Assembly: GCF_001194135.2 (NCBI RefSeq)
Contig: NC_068991.1
Span: 940,127 to 1,004,126 of the forward strand
Origin: Octopus bimaculoides
Lineage: Eukaryota
Direction of reading: 5' to 3'
Length of the DNA: 64,000 bases
Shown here piece by piece: positions 13,597 to 28,312 of the stretch. Under the pieces are notes generated by a model. It searched no databases. It was not told where the DNA came from and worked only from the letters and a program-made list of their open reading frames with translations. Made by a program: the position numbers and the translations under genes. The number at the start of each line of letters is the position of its first letter. Position 1 is the first letter of the stretch.

Positions 13597-14098
13597 TATA
13601 TGCATACACACACTTACCCAGCAACAAGCTAGGTATAACAATTATAACCATAATACTTCCGGATTCTATTTCCATGCAGGAGATATTAAAAAAACCCAGT
13701 AAAATGGGGGGAAAATGTATTATATGTATTTATTTTTAATATATTATATATACACACGTATACATGCACGTACACATATGATATGCATGCCTTACATACA
13801 CATACAAACACACACACTCACATATACAATCTAGGTGTGTTTATATGCATCAATGTGCGCAAATAGGGTTGCTCCAGCATGGCCACAGTCAAGATGCTGG
13901 AAACAGTAAAAGTGCGTATCAGTGAGTGAACATGCAATACAAAACGATGACTGTCTAAACAGCAGCACAAAAAGCAGATTGTTCGTTAAAGAAATTTATC
14001 AGAGTGAAAAGATGAACGTCGATTCCTACCTGGATATTCCGTTGTAGAAGATAGTAAAAAGGCGGTTGTTTAATGTCGTCAGATCGGAATTGAAAATC

Positions 14099-14434
<336 letters not shown>

Positions 14435-14814
14435 TTATTGGATTTTCTTTTTCTTTTTCTTCCTTTCTTCCCAGATTTCTTTCTCTCTTATCGTTCTTTC
14501 ACCTGTCGACACCCTCTTTCTATTCCTCTATCTTGTTATATCCGAATATACTCATATATATGTGTGTGTAACTCTTAATTCTCTCTCTCTCTCCCTCTAC
14601 CTTGCCCTCCTTATCTCTCTCTCTCTATTTCTCTTACAATATAGATCTCTCTCTCTCTCTCTCCGTCCCTCCTCTCTCTCCATCCCTCTTATTTTTCCGG
14701 CTCCCCCCTCTCTCCCTCTCTCTCTCTCTACTTCTATTTTCCCCCTTCTCCTATGCAATCCATTTATCTTTTTTATTCATTTCCAATTTTCTTTTCTAAT
14801 TTCTCTTGTATGAA

Positions 14815-14835
14815 AGTGGAAACCGGAAGTAGTAT
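14815..14835. promoter_or_regulatory. ETS/GABP-type site upstream of the INAFM2-like ORF
   Basis: AACCGGAAGTAG at about 14821-14832, about 435 nt upstream of the ATG on the minus strand. Confidence 0.35.
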
Positions 14836-15636
14836 GGTCGTTGCTGCTTCTCCTCGTATCTGGATGTATTTGTGATGCTACAAGTGTGAGGCTGTGTAGT
14901 ATCGGTGCCAGTACGCTGACATGGTAGTGTTGCTGCAAATATGTTGCAGTGTTGGTACTAGCATATTGATATTGTGGTGTTGGCGTTAGTATGTTAATGT
15001 GGTAGTGTTGGTTCTTGCATCTCACGCATTGGTGCTGGTTCTGGGGTTGTTATTGTTGTTGTTGCAGCAGTTATTTTTTATTCCTGTTGTTGTTGTTGTT
15101 AAGCAAGTTGGAAGATAAGAGACTACGGTCTCCTGAGAGATGCTCCAACTCACAGATAATGGACAATGAAGATGGCGGGACAGCATCAACATCAAAGAAG
15201 TGTGCGTGTGCGCGCGTGTGTGCGGGTGTGTGTGCATTTATGCATGTACATGTGTATGTGCATGTATGTGTAAATATATGTATGAATACGTTATCACTAT
15301 GTGTGTGTATATGCAGATAAATATATTTGTATGCATATATGTGTATGTGTATGCATTTATATACTCATACATATAGAGATATATTTATGTATGTATATTG
15401 TACGTTGGTTGTACGTCATTGACATGATTAAGATGGCAGATTCTATATAAACATATAAACGAATGTATATGCACACATGACTACCAAGCCCCCACGCCTA
15501 CCCGCACACACACATATACGCATATATATATATATACATATGTATATACATTTATACACACACATATGCATACATACATATTCATTCTCACATATAGAGA
15601 AATATACATATATATATGTATAAATATATGCGTCTA

Positions 15637-15692
<56 letters not shown>

Positions 15693-16045
15693 CACAAATA
15701 TATATATATATATATATCCCTCCACACTATATTACCGACGTATAACTAACATCTTGTGGCATTCATCATCATCTTTCTCTGCTTTTCTCTCTTTCTTTCT
15801 CTCTCTCTCTTCCCCCTCTCTCTGTACCTGTCTCTTTCTTTCTTTCTTTCTTTCTCTTTCTTTCTCTCTATCTGTCTCTGTCTCTCTCTCTTTCAGTCTC
15901 TCCTCTCTCCCTGTAAACTGAGATGTTCCCTGTTAAAACACACTCATACATTATCCCAGATTCTGTGTATATGTGTGTGTGTGATTTAGCTATCTATCTA
16001 TCCATCTGTTTGTTTACACATACACGCGCGCGTGCGTGTATGTAT

Positions 16046-16085
<40 letters not shown>

Positions 16086-19000
16086 ATTACATGTCTCTGT
16101 GTGTGTATGTATGTATGTGTGCATGTGTATCACATCTGTTTTGTATGTATACACACACACACACAATCGCGCGCGCACACACGTACTGACGCACGTGTTT
16201 GCATGCAATCCGGAGATATAAGGTGTCTGTGTTAAGTGCATCTCTCGTGCTCTGCTGCTGCTGCTGCTGCTACAGAAACTACTACAATAAGCACCACCAC
16301 CACTACCACCTCTGCCACCACCGGCACCACGGCCATTGCCACAATGGGGCAGATGGAGTGAAAGTGTGAGAGAGGCAGAAGGGTGGGGGGATGAAGGAAA
16401 TGGAGAAGAACTGTGATGGCGGAAGCCAGAGGAATAAAAGAGAAGTAGAAGAGGAGGAGGAGGAGGAGGAGGAGGAGGGGGGGAATGGAAGGGGATACGA
16501 TGTGTGTGGGAAAGAGCATGAGAGAGAGAGAGAGAGAGAGAGTGGAAATCAATACGGAAGTGATGGTGATGGAGGTGGTGCGGGGGAGGATGGTGTCTAA
16601 TGAGTTAAGTAAGGCTTGGAGAAGGGTGTGGAGGGGGAAATAGAGGGAGTGGGAGTGATTTAATGAAGAGTGGAGTTAAGGGAGCCACGGGGAGGGGAAG
16701 GTAGAGTAAGAGAAATAGAGAGGTATGAAGAGAGCTATAAGTTGTGTGGCGGCGGGTGGGGGAGGAGGGGAAGAGGAAGAGGAGAGAGAGAGAGACAGAG
16801 AGAGAGAGAGAGACTAGTGGACACAGTTCCAAGGTAGACATAGACAGATAAAAGGGGGAATTAGTTGAGTCGTGAGCGAGTCGGAGTAAAGGCTTCGATG
16901 TATGAGATTTGAATCTCTGTTGTTTGAGTTCAAACCTTAACGAAGCTGATTCTGCCTTTCAACCTTTCGGGAGTCAAAGGCAAAAAGCGATGGAACCCAG
17001 AGAAATGCAACAACTCGATCCGGATGCCTTGTGGTATTTGTTCTGGCTTTTTGCGCTCTGAGTCGAAATCCCTCCATGGCCTAATTCAGTGAGTTTAGTT
17101 GCATTACTTGGTACCTTGCTTAGGTACCTTCAGCCTATTCCACTGTGTTGCAAACATTAGGATCAGTTTTCTGGTTTGAGGATATCCCCACTCCCAGCTA
17201 CGCTAGTGACTCACCCACCGCCAAGGGGTTCAATCGAAGCAAGACACTCAGCCTTCATCGTTCGGGAAAAGATCCTACGCTTACAAATTTGTGTTGTGTG
17301 GGGATCGGCATGTTAAAGAATGGACCCCCAACGTTCAGTGTTGTAAAAGGCGACTAAAAAAAGGTCGAGGTAGGATTTGCACTCCGACCTCGTAAAACCC
17401 TCACCAGCAACGAAACGGCGTCATCCGTCAGGATTAGGGAGTCACCAACGAATGCTGGATGCAGTGACATGTTGCTACGGCGTATGCCCCCCCCCATACT
17501 ACTACTACTACTTAGAAACTGGTCGGCTTTTACCGAACATCAAAACTCTTCCAAGGCAATAAAGCCCTCTCACCACCCCCACAATCGATCTTTTTAGGCG
17601 ATCTTTTTAGTCCATTGACCAGAAAGAACTTTACCAAATCCATGCTTCTTTTCTTATAATATCGGTAATCTTCTATGCAGGGCCTCTCAAACCCTCCACA
17701 TCTCAATCTTCCATTAACCCCTGCAATCAACATTATTAGAACTTCACAGGAAACGCTTTAAAGATTTACAAATGCCTTTAATATGAATCAGCTCCGAAGG
17801 CAGCGACCTGGCGGAATCGTTAGCATGCCGGAGAAAATGCTTTGCGGTATTTCGTCCGTGTTTATATTTTGAGTTCAAATTCCATGGAGGTCGACTTTGC
17901 CTTTCATCTTTTTGGGTTCAATAAAGTAAATATACCCGTTGGACGCTTAGGATCGATGTAATCGACATAATTCCTCCTGCGAATTTTCTATCCTTGTGCC
18001 AAAACTTGAAACAAGCATCAGTTGCTTGTTTCTACGTATTTTCTTACGTGTGTTCGAGTGTTACGCCTTTAATTATGGAACGAAACGGGAGACATAATCG
18101 AAGTTTTTAGCATCACGAAACAACACTATGATGGAGATTTATGAATTTAAGAAAATAAAATGTGCTGGAAAATAAAAAATGTGGCGGTGGTGTGACTGAA
18201 ATAGTTGGCTGCCGGATAAAAAGCTTGTCAGTTGTAGTTACGTCCCTTCATATGAGGAATCAGATATCATTCAGGTAGAATTTACTTTCTTGTTTCTATG
18301 ATCCATGACCTGGTGTAAAAGCTAGAAATCAGGATGTGATTCCTTTTCTAATCCCCTCTTCTAAACTGTCCACTTCCCCTCCACCAACCCTTAATCCATT
18401 GAGTTATATCTTTGCGTCCTTATTAAATCATATTGATCCCATCTTAATCCTTTTACTATGAAAAAAAAATTTCACCCCCGTTGCTATCAATCTCCCCTGT
18501 CAACCCACGTCTGATTAATTCCCTAATCCGTTCTCTCTAAACTTTCCGTGCCAGGAAAATCGCCCAGCTTTCTTCCACCCGGACACACGTCCCTGTGTCG
18601 AAGTGGATCGTGTAGATTACAACCTTGAACTAAGTGAAACAAGGCGAGAGTGGAGATGGAAGTGCTGCCCTCTATAGTAGATTTGGTAGTCTTTTTTGTT
18701 GTTGTTGTTGTTGTTGTTGTTTAAACCTTAAGAGAACAGTGCGATCAAACGTACTCCAATTGTGACCTTCCCTTATAGCCTTCCTTGGAACCAAGAATCA
18801 TTTTATCCAATCTTTTTTCTAAGATAGCAATATGTGATTTGAGGGAGATTTGGGAGCATTTTTTTTTTTTTTTGTAGGTTAGTTCGTTTACTAAAGGGTG
18901 AGCAGGAAGTACTGAGGATGGTCTAGATCAGTTTCCGGTATAAATTAATATTACTAAGAAATATAACCGGTCCTTGGNNNNNNNNNNNNNNNNNNNNNNN

Positions 19001-19493
19001 NNNNNNNNNNNNNNNNNNNNNNNNNNNNNNNNNNNNNNNNNNNNNNNNNNNNNNNNNNNNNNNNNNNNNNNNNNNNNNNNNNNNNNNNNNNNNNNNNNNN
19101 NNNNNNNNNNNNNNNNNNNNNNNNNNNNNNNNNNNNNNNNNNNNNNNNNNNNNNNNNNNNNNNNNNNNNNNNNNNNNNNNNNNNNNNNNNNNNNNNNNNN
19201 NNNNNNNNNNNNNNNNNNNNNNNNNNNNNNNNNNNNNNNNNNNNNNNNNNNNNNNNNNNNNNNNNNNNNNNNNNNNNNNNNNNNNNNNNNNNNNNNNNNN
19301 NNNNNNNNNNNNNNNNNNNNNNNNNNNNNNNNAGAAACACATTAAGCATTCACCAATATACAAAGACGGTTAACTTAAACATTTATTAACTGGTGTCAAA
19401 ATTTTCGTCGCACCAACTGTGACCTACTCACTGACGTGGTTCCACTGTTCTGTAGGACAAGGCCCCCATAGTATCCTTCTCGCTCTCCCTCAC

Positions 19494-19549
<56 letters not shown>

Positions 19550-19661
19550 TCTCTCTTTCTCTTGTACTTTAATACCCATACACGCCAATATTTAATCCTA
19601 CTCAACGCCCCATCACACTTTCAACTCTTTATCACACAACAGCAACAACGCTAGTGACTAC

Positions 19662-19711
<50 letters not shown>

Positions 19712-20033
19712 CAGTAGTAGTAGCAGTGGTAGCTTAGACAGCAATTATATCAGCACCAGCAGAAACAGCGGCAGCAATAAAAGCCAGTCCCAGCGAGGAA
19801 ACCAATAACAGCAGCAGCAGCAGCAGCAGAAATATCAACAGCTGCTACAGTATCAATAATGGTAACAGCAGCAGCAGCATCATGGAGTTGCAGCTGATGG
19901 TGTTGAAAGTGATGATAATGCAATGTGCAACAACGTACGACAAGCATATCAGCTGCAACTGGAGGGAGTCAATGCCGAAACGTGTGCAGCGAATGGCAGG
20001 GATGGCGCTCTTTTGCGCGAACAGGCTAAAGGA

Positions 20034-20071
<38 letters not shown>

Positions 20072-20075
20072 ATGC

Positions 20076-20118
<43 letters not shown>

Positions 20119-20289
20119 TCTCTCTCTCTCTCTACACACACACGCGCATAAGTGAAATCAAGAAATAAAGGCAAAAAAAGGGATAAAGATAAAAAAAACG
20201 AAACCAAAAATCAAGAAAAATAAAAGGAAGGAAGCTAAATGGGGAGGGGGAGGAATGAAAGAATGAAATTGATACAGAACTCGAAAAAC

Positions 20290-20396
<107 letters not shown>

Positions 20397-20676
20397 TAAG
20401 TGTGTGTGTAGGTGCTATTTCTAGTAAATGGAGTTCCGGTATGTCTCAGGAGAGAAGACAGACTAATATTGTAAGGAACGAATGTAACAACAAACCATTT
20501 ATTTAGTGGTGGTGGTGGGGATGGGGGAAGAGGTGGCATTAATAAAAGAAGCTGTGACCCCACTCTTTCTCCATCTTTCTCCATCTTTCTTTCTTTCTCA
20601 ACCCATCCATCCGTCCATCTATCTATCCATCCATCCATCCATCCATCAATCCATGCAACTATCTATCTATCCATCC

Positions 20677-20755
<79 letters not shown>

Positions 20756-21150
20756 CATCCATCCATCTATCTTCATGCTTCAACATTATCCATAAATTCT
20801 CTTTTTCTTTTTACGTAAAACATATTTTGTCAACCGATCAAGGCAGGTTTGGCTCTATTATAACTTTCCTGGTGAGATCCAATAGACCGAAATATTACCA
20901 TGATTATCCCCCTTATCTTGATCAGGCATTCACCTAAACCAGAGATTCTCAGACAGGCGCTGTGCCAGCCCCAAAGAGGGGCACTGGGCATGTGGAACGA
21001 GGCGTTAGACTTTAAGGGGCGGTGAGGAGGGTGGTGAGGTAACAGTAGAGGCTACAGTACAAGACACTTGCCCAAGGTGTCACGCAGTGGGATTGAACCT
21101 GGAACCATGTGGTTGGTAAGCATTTACTTATCATACAGCCGTATGCGTGT

Positions 21151-21213
<63 letters not shown>

Positions 21214-21806
21214 NNNNNNNNNNNNNNNNNNNNNNNNNNNNNNNNNNNNNNNNNNNNNNNNNNNNNNNNNNNNNNNNNNNNNNNNNNNNNNNNNNNNNNN
21301 NNNNNNNNNNNNNNNNNNNNNNNNNNNNNNNNNNNNNNNNNNNNNNNNNNNNNNNNNNNNNNNNNNNNNNNNNNNNNNNNNNNNNNNNNNNNNNNNNNNN
21401 NNNNNNNNNNNNNNNNNNNNNNNNNNNNNNNNNNNNNNNNNNNNNNNNNNNNNNNNNNNNNNNNNNNNNNNNNNNNNNNNNNNNNNNNNNNNNNNNNNNN
21501 NNNNNNNNNNNNNNNNNNNNNNNNNNNNNNNNNNNNNNNNNNNNNNNNNNNNNNNNNNNNNNNNNNNNNNNNNNNNNNNNNNNNNNNNNNNNNNNNNNNN
21601 NNNNNNNNNNNNNNNNNNNNNNNNNNNNNNNNNNNNNNNNNNNNNNNNNNNNNNNNNNNNNNNNNNNNNNNNNNNNNNNNNNNNNNNNNNNNNNNNNNNN
21701 NNNNNNNNNNNNNNNNNNNNNNNNNNNNNNNNNNNNNNNNNNNNNNNNNNNNNNNNNNNNNNNNNNNNNNNNNNNNNNNNNNNNNNNNNNNNNNNNGTAT
21801 GCGTGT

Positions 21807-21867
<61 letters not shown>

Positions 21868-23967
21868 CATGCATGCATACATACATACATACTACATACA
21901 TACATACGTATTTTCATGCACACACATACGTACGTACATACACGCACATACATACACATGCATATATGCATACTTACATGCAAACATACACACATATATA
22001 CACACACACACATACACACATACATACATATCTGCATGCATACACATGTTCATGCATACATATATACATATGTACACGCATTCACTCACACGTGTGCGTG
22101 CACGTGTGTGTGTGTGCGTACACGTATGTGTGTGCGTACACGTGTGTGTGTGTGTGTGGGGGGGGGGTTGTTCTGCAGGTAATTCTGCGTAAACCAGTGG
22201 CTCAGACAGTTTCCCCTTCCAAACTGCATCCGGGCTTTTTGGTCGTCTGCCAAGAGGATCCCATTTAACTCGGATGAACCCCTTCTCGCACCTGCTCTCA
22301 CCACCACTCCTGCCACCACAGTGCAGTTGGAAGTATCGCTCACCAAGTTTACATACGCCATATTTGTAACGTGTTTTACNNNNNNNNNNNNNNNNNNNNN
22401 NNNNNNNNNNNNNNNNNNNNNNNNNNNNNNNNNNNNNNNNNNNNNNNNNNNNNNNNNNNNNNNNNNNNNNNNNNNNNNNNNNNNNNNNNNNNNNNNNNNN
22501 NNNNNNNNNNNNNNNNNNNNNNNNNNNNNNNNNNNNNNNNNNNNNNNNNNNNNNNNNNNNNNNNNNNNNNNNNNNNNNNNNNNNNNNNNNNNNNNNNNNN
22601 NNNNNNNNNNNNNNNNNNNNNNNNNNNNNNNNNNNNNNNNNNNNNNNNNNNNNNNNNNNNNNNNNNNNNNNNNNNNNNNNNNNNNNNNNNNNNNNNNNNN
22701 NNNNNNNNNNNNNNNNNNNNNNNNNNNNNNNNNNNNNNNNNNNNNNNNNNNNNNNNNNNNNNNNNNNNNNNNATATATATATATATAAATTGTATAAACG
22801 TAATACTGAAACTACGTCGAGATTATTTTGGGAGGAATACGTTGATCATAGTTTCACTCGGCCAGGCTTGACCTAGGCCCAAACAACAAGTACAACAAAT
22901 GAATTAGTTGCTGAGATTCCGATGTAAATGATATCACAGATAATAAACCCCAATTTGAGACATAAAAGAGAGAAACGGAAAGCAAGCCAACGCACCAGGC
23001 CTCCGCCTGTTTATATTGCTTGCTGGGCGATCATCTTTTATATCTTGAAACTGCATACTGTGTCTGCTATTAGAAATGTTTTATTTTATCTTCACGGCTT
23101 CATTTATCAGTTTTAATTCACCAGTCCTAATTCATCAATCATTTAGCACTAGCAGGATAAGTTATTCGACTATTGTACAATATTGCAAGGTCTGCCATCT
23201 TGGTTCGATGTTTTTTTTTTTACGTGAAATACCTGCATGAATCGAATGCAGTGACTTAATTGTTGAGTTTTTAGTTTTATGAATGATACTAAGCATTAAA
23301 AGTATCAATTCGAGACAGACAGGAGAAACAGGTTTATAATCTGAAACTGTGGTTGTTCAGTGTCTCAGATATCGTTCAAAAGAAAAAAACTATTAGCTTT
23401 CTTTCTTTCTTTCTATATATATATATATATATATATNNNNNNNNNNNNNNNNNNNNNNNNNNNNNNNNNNNNNNNNNNNNNNNNNNNNNNNNNNNNNNNN
23501 NNNNNNNNNNNNNNNNNNNNNNNNNNNNNNNNNNNNNNNNNNNNNNNNNNNNNNNNNNNNNNNNNNNNNNNNNNNNNNNNNNNNNNNNNNNNNNNNNNNN
23601 NNNNNNNNNNNNNNNNNNNNNNNNNNNNNNNNNNNNNNNNNNNNNNNNNNNNNNNNNNNNNNNNNNNNNNNNNNNNNNNNNNNNNNNNNNNNNNNNNNNN
23701 NNNNNNNNNNNNNNNNNNNNNNNNNNNNNNNNNNNNNNNNNNNNNNNNNNNNNNNNNNNNTTACAGCTGTTTCTGCTACAAGATGCAAACTCAGAGCTGA
23801 ATGTTTGTGCATCATCTTATAGCTTCCTCAGAGCTTCTAAAAACTTGCGCATGTTTATTTGGGGAAAAGATTTAAATACTGTTGCACGTATATTGAGTTC
23901 TAGCAACTGGTTATTATTATCACTCTGCCTGTATACACACACACACACACGTATGTATGTATGTATG

Positions 23968-23998
<31 letters not shown>

Positions 23999-24789
23999 TA
24001 ATAATAAGCAGTTGAAGTGCTGTAAATCTGTGTCTTTCTTTTGATGAAAGGGTGTGTTTTAAGAGAGATTTAGCTGGTATTTGTAGAAGGTCAAGTTACC
24101 ATAAGCACACCTGTTTGTGTGTGTGTGTGCTTTGTTGTGATGAAAAAAATTGTTTTTTCAGAATATTTTGCATAATAATTCTTTAAGAAATTTGTGCATC
24201 TTTCTTACTGCTAACCATTCAACTTCAAATTACAATTGTTAATTGTTGGAAGTCAAGTAGACTCAGATGTGCATAAAGTGTTATCGTATAGATTGGAGAT
24301 TCAATACGAAGTTTTGAACTCATCATCTTGTGGTTAGTAATCCATTGCCTTAAATTTGAAGCCATTAAGTCTTTAAACATCATTTTACTGGGTTTAGTCT
24401 CTCAACTGTCGCCATGATGGGGGGATCACCTTCAAAAATTTAATTGATCATACTTGACCTCACTAAGAATTTCAATCTGGCATTTATTTTATAGAACTCT
24501 GCTTGATGAACTGCTAAGCTTGAGACATATGTAAACACACAAACACACATATTAGGGGCAAGAATGATTGTGCGGTTGAGACGTTTTCTTCCCAACTACA
24601 TGGTTCCACTTTCGGTCCCTCTGCATGGTACCTTTGGCTAGTGTTTTCTACTATAGCCCTAGGCCAACCACAGACTTGTGACTGAATTTGGTCGACGGAA
24701 ACTGCAGGAAATAACCGAAAAACATGTTTATAAAGAAGAGTTGTTTGCTTCATACTCCTCGTATTCCGATTCTGCTCATAAGAACAAAT

Positions 24790-24845
24790 AATAGAACGTG
24801 GCTGTAAGTCGTAACACCCTGGCAACGCCGGGGTGCATTGCTTGT
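24790..24845 (+). mobile_element. Helitron-like 3' terminus
   Basis: Hairpin CACCCTGGC-AAC-GCCGGGGTG (24815-24835) followed by CTTG-T, a CTRR variant. Confidence 0.45.
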
Positions 24846-24878
24846 ATGTGCGTGTGCGTTTGCGTGTGTGTGTGTGTG

Positions 24879-24913
<35 letters not shown>

Positions 24914-25537
24914 ATATATATGCGCATACATATCAGAAGAAAGAGTTATTAATAAGGTATTGATAATCATGAACGAATCCAAAATGAATATCAGAAACAG
25001 CTGTGAGTCTGTAATGCGCAAGTATATGTACAAAGCCCGTTATTTATGCCTTTTTCTTATGTATGCATGCATGCATGCATGTCATTGTTCAGTTTTATTT
25101 CAAGATTTCTTGCCAATAGAGAAAGAGCCGGTTTCGAACCTAGATCCAAGGGTTCTTCATTGAAATTTTAACACCACCAACAAGGTATCTTTGTTTGTAT
25201 GTATGTATGTATGTATGCGCGTGTGTGTGTATGTGTGTAGGTGTGTGTGTATTTGTGCATATGCACTTGTATACTTGATTAAACAACAACAGTGTAATAA
25301 GGGCAACATGTGGGGTACAAAGAAAATAGTGGTCACATGTTTTAGCAAAAAGTTATAGATAAAATGGAACTGTTGTGAAGAATAAAGATTCGACGTTTCG
25401 GATATTTGTCATTCTTCCGTAACTGTGGTATTCGCCTCTGTATTATTTCTCTCCGAAGAAGGTGAATAACGTTGGATAAGGAATGACATACAGGAGTATT
25501 TTGTGGTACACTATGCAGATTGGTACAGTTAGATAAC

Positions 25538-25583
<46 letters not shown>

Positions 25584-25636
25584 CTGATGATGGTGATGAT
25601 GATGATGACGTTGTTGATTATGATGATGATGATAAT

Positions 25637-25670
<34 letters not shown>

Positions 25671-25792
25671 GTAAAGGGCTGGTAGAAAAGTTATATACTT
25701 TAAGCGTTCATATATATTTTTATATGTATTTTTGTATGTATGTATGTATGTATGTATGTATGTATGTATGTATGTATGTGTGTATGTATGTA

Positions 25793-25873
<81 letters not shown>

Positions 25874-27126
25874 GTATTTATGTATGCATGTATATATACA
25901 TGTGTGCGTGTGTGCTTATATATATATATATATATATGTTTAGTTACCAAAGTCTCTACCGAAATTGCAATTTCCCAAGTGTGAACATAATTCTTGATTA
26001 ACAGGAATTAAATATACGCTCCAGAACATTTCTAAAAATATTTCTGAGGAATTTCTCTGAAATTCTCCGCAGGACGATCATTAGGATTCAGTTTAAACTG
26101 GAAAATTAAAAAAAAGGAAAAACATCAAAGAAATGGAAACGAAATTAAAATTAATTGAAAGACAAAAAAACGATTTCAAAGAAGAATACGAATGGGAAGG
26201 AATAAATAAAGGATAGGTCGGTTAATGGCATCACGTTTAAGAGATGGAATAATAACTTTGTTAACTGGAATCGTTATAGAAATATATGTGAGTTCGTGTC
26301 CCAAGGACAACCTTCGACGTTTTTTTTTTCATCCAAAAAGAATTTATCAATTCATATTCATAGCTTTGTGCTTCGAGATCCACTATACCGGAAAAAAAAG
26401 GAATTATTTCACACTCTCTCGAAGGTTTATAAAATTCTTATGCCATCAGCAATGTGTGTCTGTGTATGGTGAGAAAGATACTCATACAGGCCAATAGGTG
26501 AATTAATCCCAACCTATGCAGTTGATAATCCATTATCCGAGATGCTTATGGACAGAAGCATTTTGTATTCGAAAGGATTGTAAATTTGCATCTTTAAACG
26601 GGTACCAAGACTAAAACAACTGTACGAAGCAGCTAAACGTCACATCCGCTTTTTAATTTTGGGTTTTACCTCACATCTATAAACACTCGTCTTACGAGGA
26701 TAACGAAAAAGAATAAAAGAAATATGAAAAGAAAAGGAAAACTTGGCCATTCCACGATGCAGCAGCATAAGTTCTTTAACTTAGATTTATGGAGTTGGAC
26801 AGAAAACAAAGAGAGAAGTCAGAGATTACAACATCGGAATGTAATCACCTGAATTTGAAACATGAACCTTATGCGTTATACTATTATGTTGCACAACCAT
26901 TATGTCTCTTGCACGTTCATTTCAAGAGCAGGCTGTTCCGTTGATTGGACCAGCTGGAATACTCATCGTCGTAGCCGACGGAGTGCCAGTTAATCAATAA
27001 TTAATATTGATTTTCCTTGCCAAGTAATTAATTTTTATTAACTTCATAATGTTCCTTCTATTAAATACATTGACACTAAATGAATTACTGGATTAACACA
27101 TTGCAACAACCGCCCCATATCGCGTG

Positions 27127-27345
27127 CTTAAGACGGGTCACAGTTATCCCGATTTTGCGGAGGAAATCTGCAGAAAAACCTCAAGTCTCGATGGCGACCG
27201 GCACAAACTGATAACCGCCAGTCAAGCTCCTCCTTTCTTTTATATTTCTCTTGTCTGCATTTCGGGCGGCGATATCCGGGTTTGCCACCGATGCAGCAAT
27301 GTTGGAGTCGGAAAATTTGTCGCAGCATGTCGCGACAAATTAGAA
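27127..27345 (-). mobile_element. CRE-like non-LTR retrotransposon endonuclease remnant
   Basis: Frame not in the ORF track: ATCCDKFSDSNIAASVANPDIAARNADKR...YQFVPVAIET*GFSADFLRKIG, resembling the DATCxDT...FVPVAxETxG...FLxxIG C-terminal pattern. Confidence 0.55.
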
Positions 27346-28274
27346 TGATAAGCTCTCACAAGACGAATGACTTAGGAATACTTTTGCTACTGATGGGTAA
27401 CATCAGGAAATATGGCAGATATACAAGAATTATAAATCAACTTCCATCAATTTTTTTTCATGCTTAAAGAAAATTATGACAGGAATACTTATTATCATAA
27501 GAAAAATATTCATTATCTGAAAACGAAATTAAATAAATCTTATTTCTCATTTGTATAACTCCTCCAACAACGACTATTACTTACTCCCCCTCCTCTTTGC
27601 GTATGGTTCCTTCTCTCTTACAGTGTGTACTCACTGCTTGTCACCAAGCCTAGTATGTGCACTTTAGCCTGCATTCTCTCTTTCTTTTACCCCACTCTCT
27701 CCGTTCTCTATACGATGTAAAGTGTGATTGGGAAAACCAGCCAACCAACCAGCCAACCAGTTGTTTTTATTGTTGTTAGTTGACGTATATGGATTTTTTC
27801 ATTAACGAATAATAATTTCTAATTATCTTTTTGCTGATCGATGCATTTTATGAATTGATAGGTGGCGGTTGGTAATGAAGGTACAGTATTGTGATTCTGT
27901 GAAATACAATATGATAGAATGGAATGGAAAACAAAGACGAAATGGAAACAAAAGAAAGAAAAAAAAAGGATAGAAAAAATGGTTTAGAAATGAATTGGCT
28001 CTGATTTCGGTAGAGGCACAACGATTCCGAGGTGAAAGGATAAAGCGATTCCAGTACTTCGTAGATATTTAATTTTAACGATCCCGAAAGAATAAAAATC
28101 GATGTTGACCTCAGCGAGATTTGAACTCGGAGACAAAACAAATGATGCAAATAAATAAATCGCTGCTGTTTCTGACGATTCTGCCATCTTCGCCGGCGGA
28201 GGATTAATCGAATAACGGGGAAATGAGTTGGAGAAATGATTGGGAAAGGAAAGAGAGAGCGAGAGAGAAGGAGC

Positions 28275-28312
<38 letters not shown>

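Noticed and set aside
19740-20035. Ala/Ser/Gln-rich ORFs (19882-20151, 19923-20168)
   Set aside because: Derived from (CAG)n/(TAG)n low-complexity sequence, with no splice signals or recognisable motif.
21140-21865. Identical tatgcgtgtgtac(ac)n on both sides of a gap
   Set aside because: Most likely overlapping contig ends, an assembly artefact rather than a real duplication.
21012-22268. Long ORFs of 250-370 aa, and similar ones at 18923-19363, 22321-22871, 23353-24015, 36342-37279
   Set aside because: Artefacts of N gaps and (CA)n/(GT)n tracts.
25395-25440. Hammerhead-like CGGAAGA...CGAAACGTC on the minus strand
   Set aside because: Core is mutated, and stems I and II do not pair convincingly.
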